Shown here piece after piece: positions 30,502-40,712 of a stretch of 64,000 nucleotides of DNA. The stretch spans positions 1,920,001 to 1,984,000 of the forward strand of contig OY969814.1 in assembly GCA_963703345.1 (NCBI GenBank), written 5' to 3'. Both the position numbers and the translations under genes were made by a program. The number at the start of each line of letters is the position of its first letter. The first letter of the stretch is position 1. The DNA is from an uncultured Chloroflexia bacterium. Lineage in GTDB: Bacteria; Chloroflexota; Dehalococcoidia; DSTF01; JALHUB01. The notes under the pieces were generated by a model. That model saw nothing but the letters and a program-made list of their open reading frames with translations, was not told the DNA's origin and ran no database searches.

Positions 30502-31038
30502 ATGGACGCGCCACAACTGCAGCCGCTCATCTCCAGACACGCCGTCCGCCGCCGCGTGCGCGCGCTGGCCGCGCAGCTCAGCCGCGACTACGAAGGACTT
30601 TCGCCGCTGTTCCTCGGCGTCCTCAAGGGATCCTACGTCTTCCTCGCCGACCTCGCGCGCTGCATGGTCGAGCCGCCGGAGGTCGACTTCATCCAGCTTT
30701 CCAGCTACGGTCTCAAGGGCACCGCCACCGACGGGAAGATCGAGATCTGCCTCAACCCCCGTAGCCAGATCCGCGGCAGGCATATCGTCATCGTCGAGGA
30801 CATCGTCGACTCCGGCGAGACGTTGCGCTTCCTGCGCGGCCACGTCGCCTCCATGCAGCCGGCCAGCGTTCGCGTTTGCGCCCTCCTGCTGCGAGAGCGC
30901 TCCAGACACCTGCTGAACGACCTCGTCGACTACGCCGGCTTCACCGTCCGCGACGGCTGGCTCGTCGGCTACGGCCTCGACCTTTCCGAGAAGTACCGCC
31001 ACTTGCCCGATCTCCACGTCGTCGAGGGCACGTCGTGA
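30502..31038 (+). CDS. hpt: Hypoxanthine phosphoribosyltransferase
   Basis: GVLKGS, VEDIVDSGET, VGYGLD. Confidence 0.92.
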   Translation: MDAPQLQPLISRHAVRRRVRALAAQLSRDYEGLSPLFLGVLKGSYVFLADLARCMVEPPEVDFIQLSSYGLKGTATDGKIEICLNPRSQIRGRHIVIVEDIVDSGETLRFLRGHVASMQPASVRVCALLLRERSRHLLNDLVDYAGFTVRDGWLVGYGLDLSEKYRHLPDLHVVEGTS

Positions 31039-32780
31039 GCCTGCCCACTGCCAAACCAAGCGTTGCCGAGCTCATCGCTGTCGCTCGCGGCGACGCTCCC
31101 GGCGACCTTCTCTTCACCAACGGACGCGTCGTCAACACCCTCACCGGCGAGATCGAGGAGGTCGACGTCGTCGTTTTTGAAGGCCGCATCGCCGGCCTCG
31201 GCGGCGGTTACGGCGCCCGCGAGACCGTCGACCTCCGCGGCGCCTACCTCCTGCCCGGCTTCATCAACGGCCACACACACGTCGAGAGCTCCCACCTCTG
31301 GATCACCGAATACGCCCGCGCCGTCCTTCCGCACGGCACCATCGCCGTCGTCACCGACCTGCACGAGATCGCCAACGTCGTCGGCCTCCCGGGCGTGCGC
31401 GCGGTCGTCCAGGCCGCGGCCGCCCTGCCGCTGGACCTGCACCTCATGGCTCCTTCCTGTGTTCCCGCTACGTCGCTCGAAACCGCCGGCGCGACCATCG
31501 GGCCGGACGAAATCCGTCAGCTCATCGAAAGCGAAGGCGCGATCGGCCTCGGCGAGCTGATGGACTTCCCGGGCGCAATCGCCGCCGACCCGCGCCTCCT
31601 CGACAAGCTCGCAGCCGCCTTGAGGTATCCCATCGACGGTCATGCGCCCGGCCTCTCCGGCAGCGCGCTCAACGCCTACCTCTGCGCCGGCCCGCGCACC
31701 GACCACGAGTCAACGACGCCGGCCGAGGGCCGCGAAAAGCTCCGACGCGGCATGTGGCTGATGGTCCGCGAGGGCACGACCGAGAAGAACCTGGCCGACC
31801 TCCTTCCTCTCATCACCGACGCCACCGCTTCCCGCTGCCTCTTCGTCACCGACGACCGCTCCGCCGCCGACCTGCTCTCCGACGGCGACGTCAACGCCAT
31901 CGTCCGCAAGGCCGTCGCCCTCGGCCTCGATCCCGTGCGCGCCATCCAACTCGCCACGCTGAACCCCGCGATCTGCTTCGGGCTGCGCGACGTCGGTGCC
32001 ATCGCCCCTGGCTATCGCGCCCACCTGCTGGTCTGCGACGACCTGCGACGCCCCGTTCCGCGCCGCGTCTACTTCGAAGGACGCCTCGTCGCCGAAGACG
32101 GCGTCGCTCTCTTCGACTCGCCCGCTGCCGTGCCGTCCGAGTTGCTGCGCACCGTCAACGTCGGCACCCTGACCGTCGACGACCTCGCGCTGCCCGCCGC
32201 CGGTCCCCGCTATCCCGTCATCGAAGCGATTCCCGGGCAGATCCTCACCGGCCGCCGCCTGCAGGAAGTGCGAGTGGAAGAAGGACGTGTCACCCCCGAG
32301 CCGGAGCGCGACATCCTCAAGCTTGCCGTCGTCGAGCGACACCACGGCAGCGGCCGAGTCGGCGTCGGGCTGGTCAGCGGCTTTGGCCTGAAGCGCGGCG
32401 CTCTCGCCTCCTCCTACGCCCACGATTCCCACAACATCATCGCCGTCAGCGCCAGCGACGACGATATGCTGCATGCCGTCCGTCAGGTAACCGAGATGCA
32501 GGGCGGCCTCGTCGTGGTAGACCAGGGCCGGGTCCTCGCCGCGCTGCCTCTGCCAATCGCCGGAATAATGTCGCTGGAACCAGCGGCGCAAGTCTCCCAT
32601 CGATGGGCCCTGCTCAATCCGCCGCAGCGGACGGCCCGCTCCCTCGGCGCGACAATTCCCGAGCCCTTCGCCGTCCTCTCTTTCCTCTCACTGCCCGTCA
32701 TCCCTTCGCTCCGCCTCACCGACAAAGGCCTCGTCAACGTCGGAGAAGGCGGCCTCTACGATTTCTCTCGACTCTCGTAG
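31035..32780 (+). CDS. ade: Adenine deaminase
   Basis: HTHVESS, HEIANV, DGHAP, TDHE, REGT, AHDSHN; GTGA overlap with hpt. Confidence 0.92.
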   Translation: MSLPTAKPSVAELIAVARGDAPGDLLFTNGRVVNTLTGEIEEVDVVVFEGRIAGLGGGYGARETVDLRGAYLLPGFINGHTHVESSHLWITEYARAVLPHGTIAVVTDLHEIANVVGLPGVRAVVQAAAALPLDLHLMAPSCVPATSLETAGATIGPDEIRQLIESEGAIGLGELMDFPGAIAADPRLLDKLAAALRYPIDGHAPGLSGSALNAYLCAGPRTDHESTTPAEGREKLRRGMWLMVREGTTEKNLADLLPLITDATASRCLFVTDDRSAADLLSDGDVNAIVRKAVALGLDPVRAIQLATLNPAICFGLRDVGAIAPGYRAHLLVCDDLRRPVPRRVYFEGRLVAEDGVALFDSPAAVPSELLRTVNVGTLTVDDLALPAAGPRYPVIEAIPGQILTGRRLQEVRVEEGRVTPEPERDILKLAVVERHHGSGRVGVGLVSGFGLKRGALASSYAHDSHNIIAVSASDDDMLHAVRQVTEMQGGLVVVDQGRVLAALPLPIAGIMSLEPAAQVSHRWALLNPPQRTARSLGATIPEPFAVLSFLSLPVIPSLRLTDKGLVNVGEGGLYDFSRLS

Positions 32781-32911
32781 CCCATCTCCGACCGCAATAC
32801 ATCCCTCTCGCCGGTCGCGCCTCCTCTGCCAATGGTATACTGGCCTTAGACGACATAGTGAGACCCAACGCGACAGGGCTGCTGCGCAGGGAAGACGGAA
32901 GGGAGGCTGTC

Positions 32912-33367
32912 ATGGTGTTCTCCAGAAGATTCGCCTTTGGTCTAGCGCTCATCCTCCTGCTGCTGGCAGGACCTTCCGCAGTGGCCTGCGGCAGTTCCTC
33001 GAAGAGCTCCACGCCCACGCCCGGCATGACGATGGCGCCCGCGGGTACGAAGGCGGCCACATCGCAGGCTACCGCCGCCGGCACGGCCCAGCCGGGAGCA
33101 GTGACGATCTCCGATTTCAAGTTCACGCCGCCGTCCATCACCGTCAAAGTCGGCGATACCGTGGTCTGGACGAACAATGGCCCGTCCACCCACACCGCCA
33201 CCGCCGACGACGGCAGCTTCGACAGCGGCAATATGGCGCAGGGCAAGACCTTCTCGCATACGTTCCAGACCGCCGGCACCTTCTCCTACCACTGCACCGT
33301 TCACCCGTTCATGACGGCGCAGGTCGTCGTGCAGTCCGGGTCGAGCGCCTTGAGCCCCGGCTACTGA
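32912..33367 (+). CDS. Cupredoxin (plastocyanin/amicyanin-like) lipoprotein
   Basis: VAC lipobox; H...YHCTVHPFM copper ligands. Confidence 0.88.
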   Translation: MVFSRRFAFGLALILLLLAGPSAVACGSSSKSSTPTPGMTMAPAGTKAATSQATAAGTAQPGAVTISDFKFTPPSITVKVGDTVVWTNNGPSTHTATADDGSFDSGNMAQGKTFSHTFQTAGTFSYHCTVHPFMTAQVVVQSGSSALSPGY

Positions 33368-33468
33368 CGGCGGAATAGTCGCGGGGGCGCCGCAGAGCAG
33401 GAGTGCTTCCCGCTAAGTCGACTATGCCCTAGAATAGCCTTGAATACTTCCGGAGGTGCTTGCGACCT

Positions 33469-33756
33469 ATGACCTACGTCATCACCACGCCCTGCATCGA
33501 CGTCAAAGACCGCGCCTGCGTCGACGTCTGTCCCGTCAACTGCATCCACGAAGAAGGCGACGCCGACCGCATGCTCTACATCGACCCCAACGAGTGCATC
33601 GACTGCGGCGCCTGCGAGCCTTCCTGTCCCGTGACCGCCATCTTCGCCGAGGACGACGTGCCCGACAGCGTCAAAGAATTCGCCGCGCTCAACGCCCAAT
33701 GGTACCAGGACAAAGACGCCGTTCGCGCCCGCGTCAACGCCATCAAGCCCGCCTAG
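33469..33756 (+). CDS. 7Fe/8Fe ferredoxin (FdxA type)
   Basis: PCIDVKDRACVDVCPVNCI; CIDCGACEPSCP. Confidence 0.92.
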   Translation: MTYVITTPCIDVKDRACVDVCPVNCIHEEGDADRMLYIDPNECIDCGACEPSCPVTAIFAEDDVPDSVKEFAALNAQWYQDKDAVRARVNAIKPA

Positions 33757-33804
33757 CGCCGACCGTATCTTCGACCTCAACCCGCATCGGGTGGGAGAGG
33801 ACTC

Positions 33805-33828
33805 GTAGGGGAGGACTGAAGTCCTCCC
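33805..33828 (+). repeat. GTAG-type REP-like palindrome
   Basis: GTAG followed by GGGAGGAC-TGAA-GTCCTCCC hairpin. Confidence 0.55.
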
Positions 33829-33856
33829 GCTAACCTGCGGAGTTCCGTGCCCGCCA

Positions 33857-34291
33857 ATGTTGACAACAGCGATGACGACGGATCCGAAGACGGCTCGGCG
33901 CGTCTTCGTTCTTCTCGCGGTATTGATCTTGGCCATGATCGCCATCGGGGTTTGGACGGTCATCCTTCGCGACTGGCTCTTCTTGGCGCTCTGGGCCTTT
34001 TGCTCAGTTGACATGGTTGGCATGGCGACCAGGCACTTCAGCGTCGGCTGGCCGGGGTCGCGCTTGGATTGCTACCGCGAGTTACCGTGGATTCGCCTGT
34101 CGAAGGCTCAGGGGATCGTGGCCGGTCTCATTTTCGTGGCTGCGACTGCCGTTGCCCTGATTGCGTTTGCCGAGGGGAACAGGGTGGCCCTTCTTGCCTT
34201 CGTCGCGTTGCTCGCGCTCGTGGATGCGCTTTGGCTTGCCCGGACTATACGGAGAAAAGGCTGGCGGCGCAAGAAGGAGGGGAAGTCGTAA
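33857..34291 (+). CDS. Four-TM membrane protein
   Basis: Hydrophobic helices, basic tail. Confidence 0.6.
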   Translation: MLTTAMTTDPKTARRVFVLLAVLILAMIAIGVWTVILRDWLFLALWAFCSVDMVGMATRHFSVGWPGSRLDCYRELPWIRLSKAQGIVAGLIFVAATAVALIAFAEGNRVALLAFVALLALVDALWLARTIRRKGWRRKKEGKS

Positions 34292-34369
34292 GGTAGACCC
34301 GGCGCGTCGCCAGCGACCCGCCTCACCGCTGCAGTTACCTCAACCTCGGAACCGAGAAGGGTCTCGTCC

Positions 34370-34987
34370 TCACGGACTGACGGTACCAACTACGACCGGC
34401 GTCGCTTCCGCCTTGGCCGCGGCATCCGGCGTCCAGCCGATGACCGCCGCCTTCCCTAGATCGATCCACACGTTTACCGCAGTGACGTTTGAGAACTTGG
34501 CGGTGTAGACCGTCACGAGATAGCTCACCTTCGCGCTGTCCCAGCTCACGCCTCGCCACTCGCCGTCGATCGTCGCCGGCTGCGAAAGCTCCATAACCAC
34601 CACGCCGCCGATCAGCGTTCCCTCGCTGTTGGCCCACGCCGCGACGCTGGACTTGGGAGCCGACAGACCCGCCAACACACGCGCGATGTTCGCGTCCTTC
34701 GACGCAAGGTCGACCAGATTCTGCTTCAGGTCCGACGTCAGCGTGGGACGAGGAGTCGGTGGGGTAGCCATAGCCACCGTCGGCAAGGTCGCGGGCGCCG
34801 ACGCCGCTGGGCCGGCTGGAGCGGTTGACGCAGGCGAAGTCGGCGCGAGCGACGAAGTGGCAGTAGATGACGCCGGCGTAGCCGATGCCGTAGGCGGCGC
34901 GGCCTTCTCCGACCCGCACGCCGCCGACGCCAGCGCCAACGTCATAAGGACAACAACACAAACGCGAATCAGCATTCTCAAAGCCAT
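34370..34987 (-). CDS. Lipoprotein with Ala/Thr/Pro linker
   Basis: AGGAG SD; SAAC lipobox. Confidence 0.7.
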   Translation of the reverse strand: MALRMLIRVCVVVLMTLALASAACGSEKAAPPTASATPASSTATSSLAPTSPASTAPAGPAASAPATLPTVAMATPPTPRPTLTSDLKQNLVDLASKDANIARVLAGLSAPKSSVAAWANSEGTLIGGVVVMELSQPATIDGEWRGVSWDSAKVSYLVTVYTAKFSNVTAVNVWIDLGKAAVIGWTPDAAAKAEATPVVVGTVSP

Positions 34988-35124
34988 CCCGCCGTACTCC
35001 TCCTAGCCGACGGCAGGCCCTCCGCTCATACTTGCCGGTCTCGGCCCATCAATGCCGCGGGCTTCAACCCGCGCCGTTTTTGCTGTTCACCGCGCCCCAA
35101 GAAGGACGGCCGACAGTGAAGCCG

Positions 35125-35475
35125 TCACTCCTTCGGCACGCGCACGTGGTGCGGAATCTCCGACGGCACCTCCAGCAGAAGCTCCACCAGGCCGGCGAGC
35201 GCCCCATTCCGGTACCATGGCGATTGGCACACCAGCCTCCTCACGCCGTCCCGCTCTATCGTATAAACGTTCGTCTCCCCCGACTGGAGAAGTTCCTTGA
35301 TCTTACTCCGAGACGGCTCAAGGTGCACCTCGAACAGGCTCTTGCCCAGCAAATCGCGTCCGCCCCTGTTGGCGAACCACTCGACAGCCTTGTCGTTCAT
35401 CTCGACGATCTTCCCGTCCAGGTCGGAGACGATAACCGGCTCGGGAAACTCCTTGACCCACTCGTTCTCTGCCAT
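35125..35475 (-). CDS. Stand-alone PAS domain protein
   Basis: VIVSDLDGKIVEMN, LLGKSLFEVH; AGGAG SD. Confidence 0.8.
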   Translation of the reverse strand: MAENEWVKEFPEPVIVSDLDGKIVEMNDKAVEWFANRGGRDLLGKSLFEVHLEPSRSKIKELLQSGETNVYTIERDGVRRLVCQSPWYRNGALAGLVELLLEVPSEIPHHVRVPKE

Positions 35476-35510
35476 CTCTCTTCTCCTCGAGTACGAATGA
35501 CCTTGCGCTC

Positions 35511-36551
35511 TCACTCCTTGAGCGACAACTGCTCCGGCAACTGCTCCCAGTCCGACCGAAGCGGCGCCATCAACCGGTCGCCCAAGCGTCCGACCCGCTT
35601 GTCCAGCTCGTCGTACTTCGACTTCGCGTGCCCGATGTGCGTCCCCAGCACCCCGAACTCCTCGCGGAAGCGGTCGTACTCGCTGCCCAGACGCCCCAGG
35701 TGGTCGATAATCTCCCGCGCGCGCTCCTCAACCCGCAGCCCCTTCAGCCCCAGCACAATCGCCTGCAGATACCCGTAGAAGCTGTTCGGCGACACCGGTA
35801 TGACCCGACGCCCCAGCGCGTACGCGCACGGCCCTTCGCCCTCCGACATCATGTCTTCGCGCGAAAACGTCTCGTAGTACACGCCCTCCGCCGGGATGTA
35901 CATCAGCGCGAACTCGAACGTCCCCTCGTCCGGCACGATGTACTTCGCGACGGCATCGATGTGGCTCCGCACGTCCCGCAGGAAGGCGCGGCGCAGCGAC
36001 GCCCGCTCCTCGTCCGTCTCCGCCGCCACCATACGGTTGAAGCTTTCCATCGGGAACTTCGAGTCGATGGGCACCAGCCCACTGCCCAGGCAGATCACAG
36101 CGTCCACCATCTCCCCGTTGCGGAAGCGGTGCTGAAAGCGATAGTTCTCCGGCGGCAGGATCTGCGTCAGCAGATTCTCCAGCAGCAGCTCCCCGAATCC
36201 GCCGCGCACCTTCGGCGGCTTGAGGATGTCCTGCAACTGGCCGATATTCTTCCCGACCTCCAGCATCTGCTGACTCGACGCGTCCAGCTTCCCGAGCTGC
36301 TGCCCCACGTTCCGCATCGTCTCCGCCGTCGACGCAAACGACGTGTTCATCGTCTGCTGCACGCTGCTCAGCCCCGCCGACAAGCGCTGGTCCAGCCCTT
36401 CGATTCGCTGCTCCAGCCCCTGCTGCGTTATCGCCATCATCTGCGCCACGTTCGCCGCCGTGTTGACCCGCTGCGATCTCAGCCTCTCCCACGCCAGCAC
36501 ACCGACCATGCCTATCAGCACCACCAGCAGAATGACTACCAACGCTTCCAT
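35511..36551 (-). CDS. rmuC: DNA recombination protein RmuC
   Basis: N-terminal TM, PKVRGGFGE, PIDSKFP, MYIPAE. Confidence 0.92.
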   Translation of the reverse strand: MEALVVILLVVLIGMVGVLAWERLRSQRVNTAANVAQMMAITQQGLEQRIEGLDQRLSAGLSSVQQTMNTSFASTAETMRNVGQQLGKLDASSQQMLEVGKNIGQLQDILKPPKVRGGFGELLLENLLTQILPPENYRFQHRFRNGEMVDAVICLGSGLVPIDSKFPMESFNRMVAAETDEERASLRRAFLRDVRSHIDAVAKYIVPDEGTFEFALMYIPAEGVYYETFSREDMMSEGEGPCAYALGRRVIPVSPNSFYGYLQAIVLGLKGLRVEERAREIIDHLGRLGSEYDRFREEFGVLGTHIGHAKSKYDELDKRVGRLGDRLMAPLRSDWEQLPEQLSLKE

Positions 36552-36574
36552 GTCCTCGCCCCCGTGCCTGCCCG

Positions 36575-38200
36575 CTATTGAATCTCGATTCGCTCCGCGT
36601 ACTCAGGAACGATAACCTCGATCCCGCTCCCCTTCAACCCCTCGACGAAATACCCCGGCGACTCCGTATGCACGCTCACCATCGTCTGCGGCGCGATCTC
36701 CTGGATCAGCTCCAGCAGGTCGCCCGCCGTCGCGTGCCCCGACGCGTGCAGCCCCGGATGCTCCAGTCCGCGCTCGCCCGACGCGTCGCGATACGGCAGC
36801 CCCTTGCCTTCCATCCCGAAGTGCCGCAGCCAGTTGTGCAGCCGCCGGAAGTCGATGTCCTGCTCCTCGCTGTAGCTCTCACTCGACGAGTAGATGTACT
36901 TGCCGCCCTGCGGCTCCATGTCGATGAGGTTCTTCACGTCCCAGAAGCTGAAGCACACGATGAAGTCGCCGCCCGACGCCTTGACGTCCGGCCCCGTCAC
37001 CAGGCGACTCGCGTACCTCTGGCGAAGCGTCTGCTCCCAGAACGCCGGCGCCGCCTTCAAGTCGCGATAGATCAGCATCTCCGGCGAATCGCCCACCGTC
37101 GGCACCTCCGACGAAGCCAGGCGCATCTTCTCCAGCAGGAACGCGTCCTTCGCCAGCACCACCAGCTTCCGATTCGTCGCCCGCGCCACGTCGAGGAACG
37201 TGCACAGCCGCTCGACGTTCCGCGGCCCGAAATCCGCGACCACCAGGCCGTCGGTGGTGTGCACCTCTTGCAGGACGTTCTCCCCGACCTCTTTCTCGGT
37301 CATCTGCTCGTCCTGGCCCCTCGCGGCTCCCGCGCGCGTCCCCTCGCAGACCAGCGCCCGCGGCCGCAGCGCCTTCGCCTCCGCGATGAAGCGACGCGTC
37401 ATCTCCCCGCGCGATCCGTGCAGTCGCAGGTCGCCCGTGTACACGATCCAGCCGGCGCTCGTCTCCACCGCCCAGGCGCAGGCCCCGTAGACCGAGTGGT
37501 CAACCGGAAAGTGGCGCACCTGCAGCCCGCCGACCCGGTCGCACGACGAATCGCACTCGCAGCAGTGCAGGTTGCGGCCTGTGCCCGGCTTCTGACGCCA
37601 GAACCGCGCCGCCTCCTCGCTCAGCCCGTCGACCAGCACGAAAGGGCGCATCACGTACGGGTTCTTGCGCCAGTCGCTGCCTTTGATGATGTCGTAGTCT
37701 GGGTCCACCTCGCGCGGCGCGAAGTAGCAGACCTCCTTCTCCAGCTCCGCTATCCCGCTGTCCTGCATCGACTTCGCGATGAACGCCGTCATCGCGGTCG
37801 AGTAGATGGGGATGTCCTCCCGCAGGAACGAGATGTAGCCCGTGTGGTCGATGTGCGCGTGCGACACCAGCACCGCGTCCACGTGGTCGATAGCCGCGTA
37901 GCCGGGGTGCTCGCGGTATCGCTCCCAGACGCCGCCCGGCGGAATGAGATCGCTACGGTAGATGCCCTCCAGGCGCGGCAGCAGCGGGCCGAAGAAGATG
38001 CCCTGCTCGTTCGTGTACTGCATTTCCAGGAGGTCGAGCAGTCCCGCGCCGGGCCGTGGTTTCAGGTACTCCTCGAAGTACTGCTCGCGGACCTTGAATG
38101 ATGTCCCGAAGTCGAAGAACAGGCGGGTTGTGCCGTCCTCCAGCAGGATCTTGTTCCCGCCGATGCTCCTCGCTCCCCCGTAGACCGTAATCGCAATCAC
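36575..38200 (-). CDS. MBL/beta-CASP nuclease (RNase J-like)
   Basis: IGGNKI, SHAHIDH, VDHS, YTGDLR, HASGHA. Confidence 0.88.
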   Translation of the reverse strand: MIAITVYGGARSIGGNKILLEDGTTRLFFDFGTSFKVREQYFEEYLKPRPGAGLLDLLEMQYTNEQGIFFGPLLPRLEGIYRSDLIPPGGVWERYREHPGYAAIDHVDAVLVSHAHIDHTGYISFLREDIPIYSTAMTAFIAKSMQDSGIAELEKEVCYFAPREVDPDYDIIKGSDWRKNPYVMRPFVLVDGLSEEAARFWRQKPGTGRNLHCCECDSSCDRVGGLQVRHFPVDHSVYGACAWAVETSAGWIVYTGDLRLHGSRGEMTRRFIAEAKALRPRALVCEGTRAGAARGQDEQMTEKEVGENVLQEVHTTDGLVVADFGPRNVERLCTFLDVARATNRKLVVLAKDAFLLEKMRLASSEVPTVGDSPEMLIYRDLKAAPAFWEQTLRQRYASRLVTGPDVKASGGDFIVCFSFWDVKNLIDMEPQGGKYIYSSSESYSEEQDIDFRRLHNWLRHFGMEGKGLPYRDASGERGLEHPGLHASGHATAGDLLELIQEIAPQTMVSVHTESPGYFVEGLKGSGIEVIVPEYAERIEIQ

Positions 38201-40155
38201 GAAGATGCAACAATCCTCTCGACTAGCTCTCTCATCATTCGCGCAGGCTTGCCCCTCTTCTCCGCCTCACAAAGGACGCTCCTCACAACGTGGGGACTCT
38301 TAAGCGCCCTGTCATTGCTGTCATAGCCAAGCTCGCTTCTGCATCGACCCACAAGTTCATCGAATAGTTCTGCACCAATCTCCTCTCGAAGCGCCCGCTC
38401 CAGCTCGTACTCGAAGCACGCGCCGTTGTCCCACACCCCTCTGGGCCAGGGATTTGGATCCCTGCCCAACAAACGGAGGAGGGTTCCGTTCATTTTAGCG
38501 CTGTCGCGTTGCTGACCCTCATTCCCCTGTCCCCTGTCACCATCCCAGATCACGTATGTCGCGATTCCCAGGGTGCTGAATATGGCAGCAGGCCGATCCA
38601 AATTGTACTTCCCACCGCATGGCAGAACAGAGATGCCTTTCCCCTCGAAATCGCATCCGCTCGCCTGCGCTGCACCCAGCAGTGCCGCTCTGTCGCTCTC
38701 GCCCTCCGTCAACACTGCCACCCGCGCAAAGAAACCCTCGTTTACCCATGGCGTCATCACGGCCGCCAGCCGCGCCTTAAGTCCCGCCACCGAAAACGTG
38801 CCCTGGGGCACATTGTGGGCTGTTTCCAATGTATGGACGATGTCCTCCAAATCAACCTCAGAGACTTGGGTGGATTTCCCCTCCCCGACCGTCCGTGCTT
38901 GCTTCCGCAGTACCCGTATCTGATCCGCCCGATCAATGCCGGTGAACAGAGGCGAATGGGTCGTGTATATCACCTGGGTTGTGTCGGCCACGCCAGCGAT
39001 GCTTCCGTCGCTCAATTGGAGAAGGACCCTAGCTATGAGACGCTGCCTGTCCGGGTGTTGGTACAGCTCCGGCTCTTCAATTCCCAATATTAGACTGCAC
39101 CCCGCCTCCGCGAGACCATTCCCCTCCTGGTCCTCCTCCGCTCTCTCGCCTGCGCTCTGCGTCGCGCTCACTGCTAAGTGCTGCAATAACGTCAGAATAA
39201 GAGCCCGCTGGGCTCCATGACCGCACCGTTCGATTGTAGACGCGTGTTCGTCTTCACGTAGCCGGGTATCCGCTGTCGGCATCGGTATGCGGATCTCTCC
39301 GGTCTCCCAAGTCATCTCCACATCCGTGCCGGGAGCGTAGGTAGCAAGAGTCTGTCCTAGTCGAGATTCCAAATCCCGCAGTTGCACTTCAGTCTTTCTC
39401 TGCATGATCTCTAGGTAGCGCGTCTGGGTTTCCTCCTCAAACTGGCGCACATCTTCGCACGTCCTCAGCTCGCTTCTCACCACGAGATCCAACAGTTGGC
39501 TGATCGTTGTGTTTTTGCCCTTCTCAGTGCCGATATCTGATGCGTCCAGCACCGCCGGAATCAGGACAAACTTGGTCCTGTTGTCGAGGCGACCACCTCC
39601 CACGTTCCGCGCACCGAAGAACTGCTCTTCCTTCCTTAGCTTGATGAGTCTTTCACGATGGGCATCCTCCCACTCCCTCAGAATCCCCTCCCCATGCTCC
39701 CTGCCGCGAACCGCAGCGGGCAACTCCTCGTAGCCCCCCGTCTCTCGGAGCGCAGCGTACCCAGCTCTCCAGTCCGTCCACACCGGAATGGCTCTGAGCT
39801 CGGCAAAATCCGGATTTTGGAGCTTAAAGCCAAAGTACTTCTGGCTCCTCTGGCCCTGACCACAGAGCATTTCCTTCTCCACCACGAGCGCGTCATTCTC
39901 AACATAGCTTCCAAAGAGCGCTTTCTCATCAGGCGACAAGTCCTCGTACGTCACCGTAACGAGAATTGGCTCTTCTCGCTCGTAGCAATCATCCTCCGAG
40001 AACCTAGCGTCCACGTCGTAGAAAAGCTCAAGTGCACGAAGGAAGCTGGATTTTCCACATCCGTTTGGACCGACCAGTACTGTCAGTCGGCGGCAGTTGA
40101 GGATTCCATCTTGAATGCACCGGAAGTTCTGCACCCGCACCGACTCAATTATCAT
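38197..40155 (-). CDS. OLD-family ATP-dependent nuclease (ABC ATPase plus Toprim)
   Basis: GPNGCGKS, IEEPELYQHP, TTHSP, TEGESD, WDGD. Confidence 0.9.
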   Translation of the reverse strand: MIIESVRVQNFRCIQDGILNCRRLTVLVGPNGCGKSSFLRALELFYDVDARFSEDDCYEREEPILVTVTYEDLSPDEKALFGSYVENDALVVEKEMLCGQGQRSQKYFGFKLQNPDFAELRAIPVWTDWRAGYAALRETGGYEELPAAVRGREHGEGILREWEDAHRERLIKLRKEEQFFGARNVGGGRLDNRTKFVLIPAVLDASDIGTEKGKNTTISQLLDLVVRSELRTCEDVRQFEEETQTRYLEIMQRKTEVQLRDLESRLGQTLATYAPGTDVEMTWETGEIRIPMPTADTRLREDEHASTIERCGHGAQRALILTLLQHLAVSATQSAGERAEEDQEGNGLAEAGCSLILGIEEPELYQHPDRQRLIARVLLQLSDGSIAGVADTTQVIYTTHSPLFTGIDRADQIRVLRKQARTVGEGKSTQVSEVDLEDIVHTLETAHNVPQGTFSVAGLKARLAAVMTPWVNEGFFARVAVLTEGESDRAALLGAAQASGCDFEGKGISVLPCGGKYNLDRPAAIFSTLGIATYVIWDGDRGQGNEGQQRDSAKMNGTLLRLLGRDPNPWPRGVWDNGACFEYELERALREEIGAELFDELVGRCRSELGYDSNDRALKSPHVVRSVLCEAEKRGKPARMMRELVERIVASS

Positions 40156-40161
40156 GACCGC

Positions 40162-40374
40162 CTACCCCACACGGATGTAGCTGTACCGGCCTTTGACGTG
40201 TTGGTTCAGGTACGCTCCGTGGGAAGAAGCCGCCATCAACCCGGCGTGAACCGCTTCCGGCACCCCGGAGTACTGATATGTCGCTCCAGCCTTGAACTCA
40301 ACTTCCAGGGTTCGAGACTCCGAGTCGTAGCCCACAGAGACGAGGTTACTGGAACTGACGGGTTCGCGAATCAT
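40162..40374 (-). CDS. KTSC domain protein
   Basis: VSSSNLVSVGYD...LEVEF...YQYSGVP...SHGAYLN. Confidence 0.92.
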   Translation of the reverse strand: MIREPVSSSNLVSVGYDSESRTLEVEFKAGATYQYSGVPEAVHAGLMAASSHGAYLNQHVKGRYSYIRVG

Positions 40375-40712
40375 TCGTCACCCTTTCGCTGCGCCACCAG
40401 AAGGTGGCAACCCTGTCCTCGAACATGTATTCTAGCACCGTCGTCAAGAGGAAGCTAGGGGTTTTCGCGCCCGCGACCCCGATATGCCGCGGGCTTTAGC
40501 TCGTGCTCAAAAGCAACCGCAGAGAGGAGCGCCAATGTTCCGCGAAGAACGCCGATCCGGCGCCAACCTTAACCACGACGCCGAGGTTTGGGCCACATTT
40601 CGACGCAAATTGGCGCCATATTTTGAATCTGAGTGTGCGCATCCCAAATCTGGAAAAGACGCGAAAAAATAATTGAATTCAATGGGTCAATTAAGCGACG
40701 GGCCGTGCCCTA

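Noticed and set aside
40612-40640. Further 11-6-11 site or dif site in the AT-rich gap
   Set aside because: Right arm and spacer partly match but the left arm does not; no XerD TTATGTTAAAT arm
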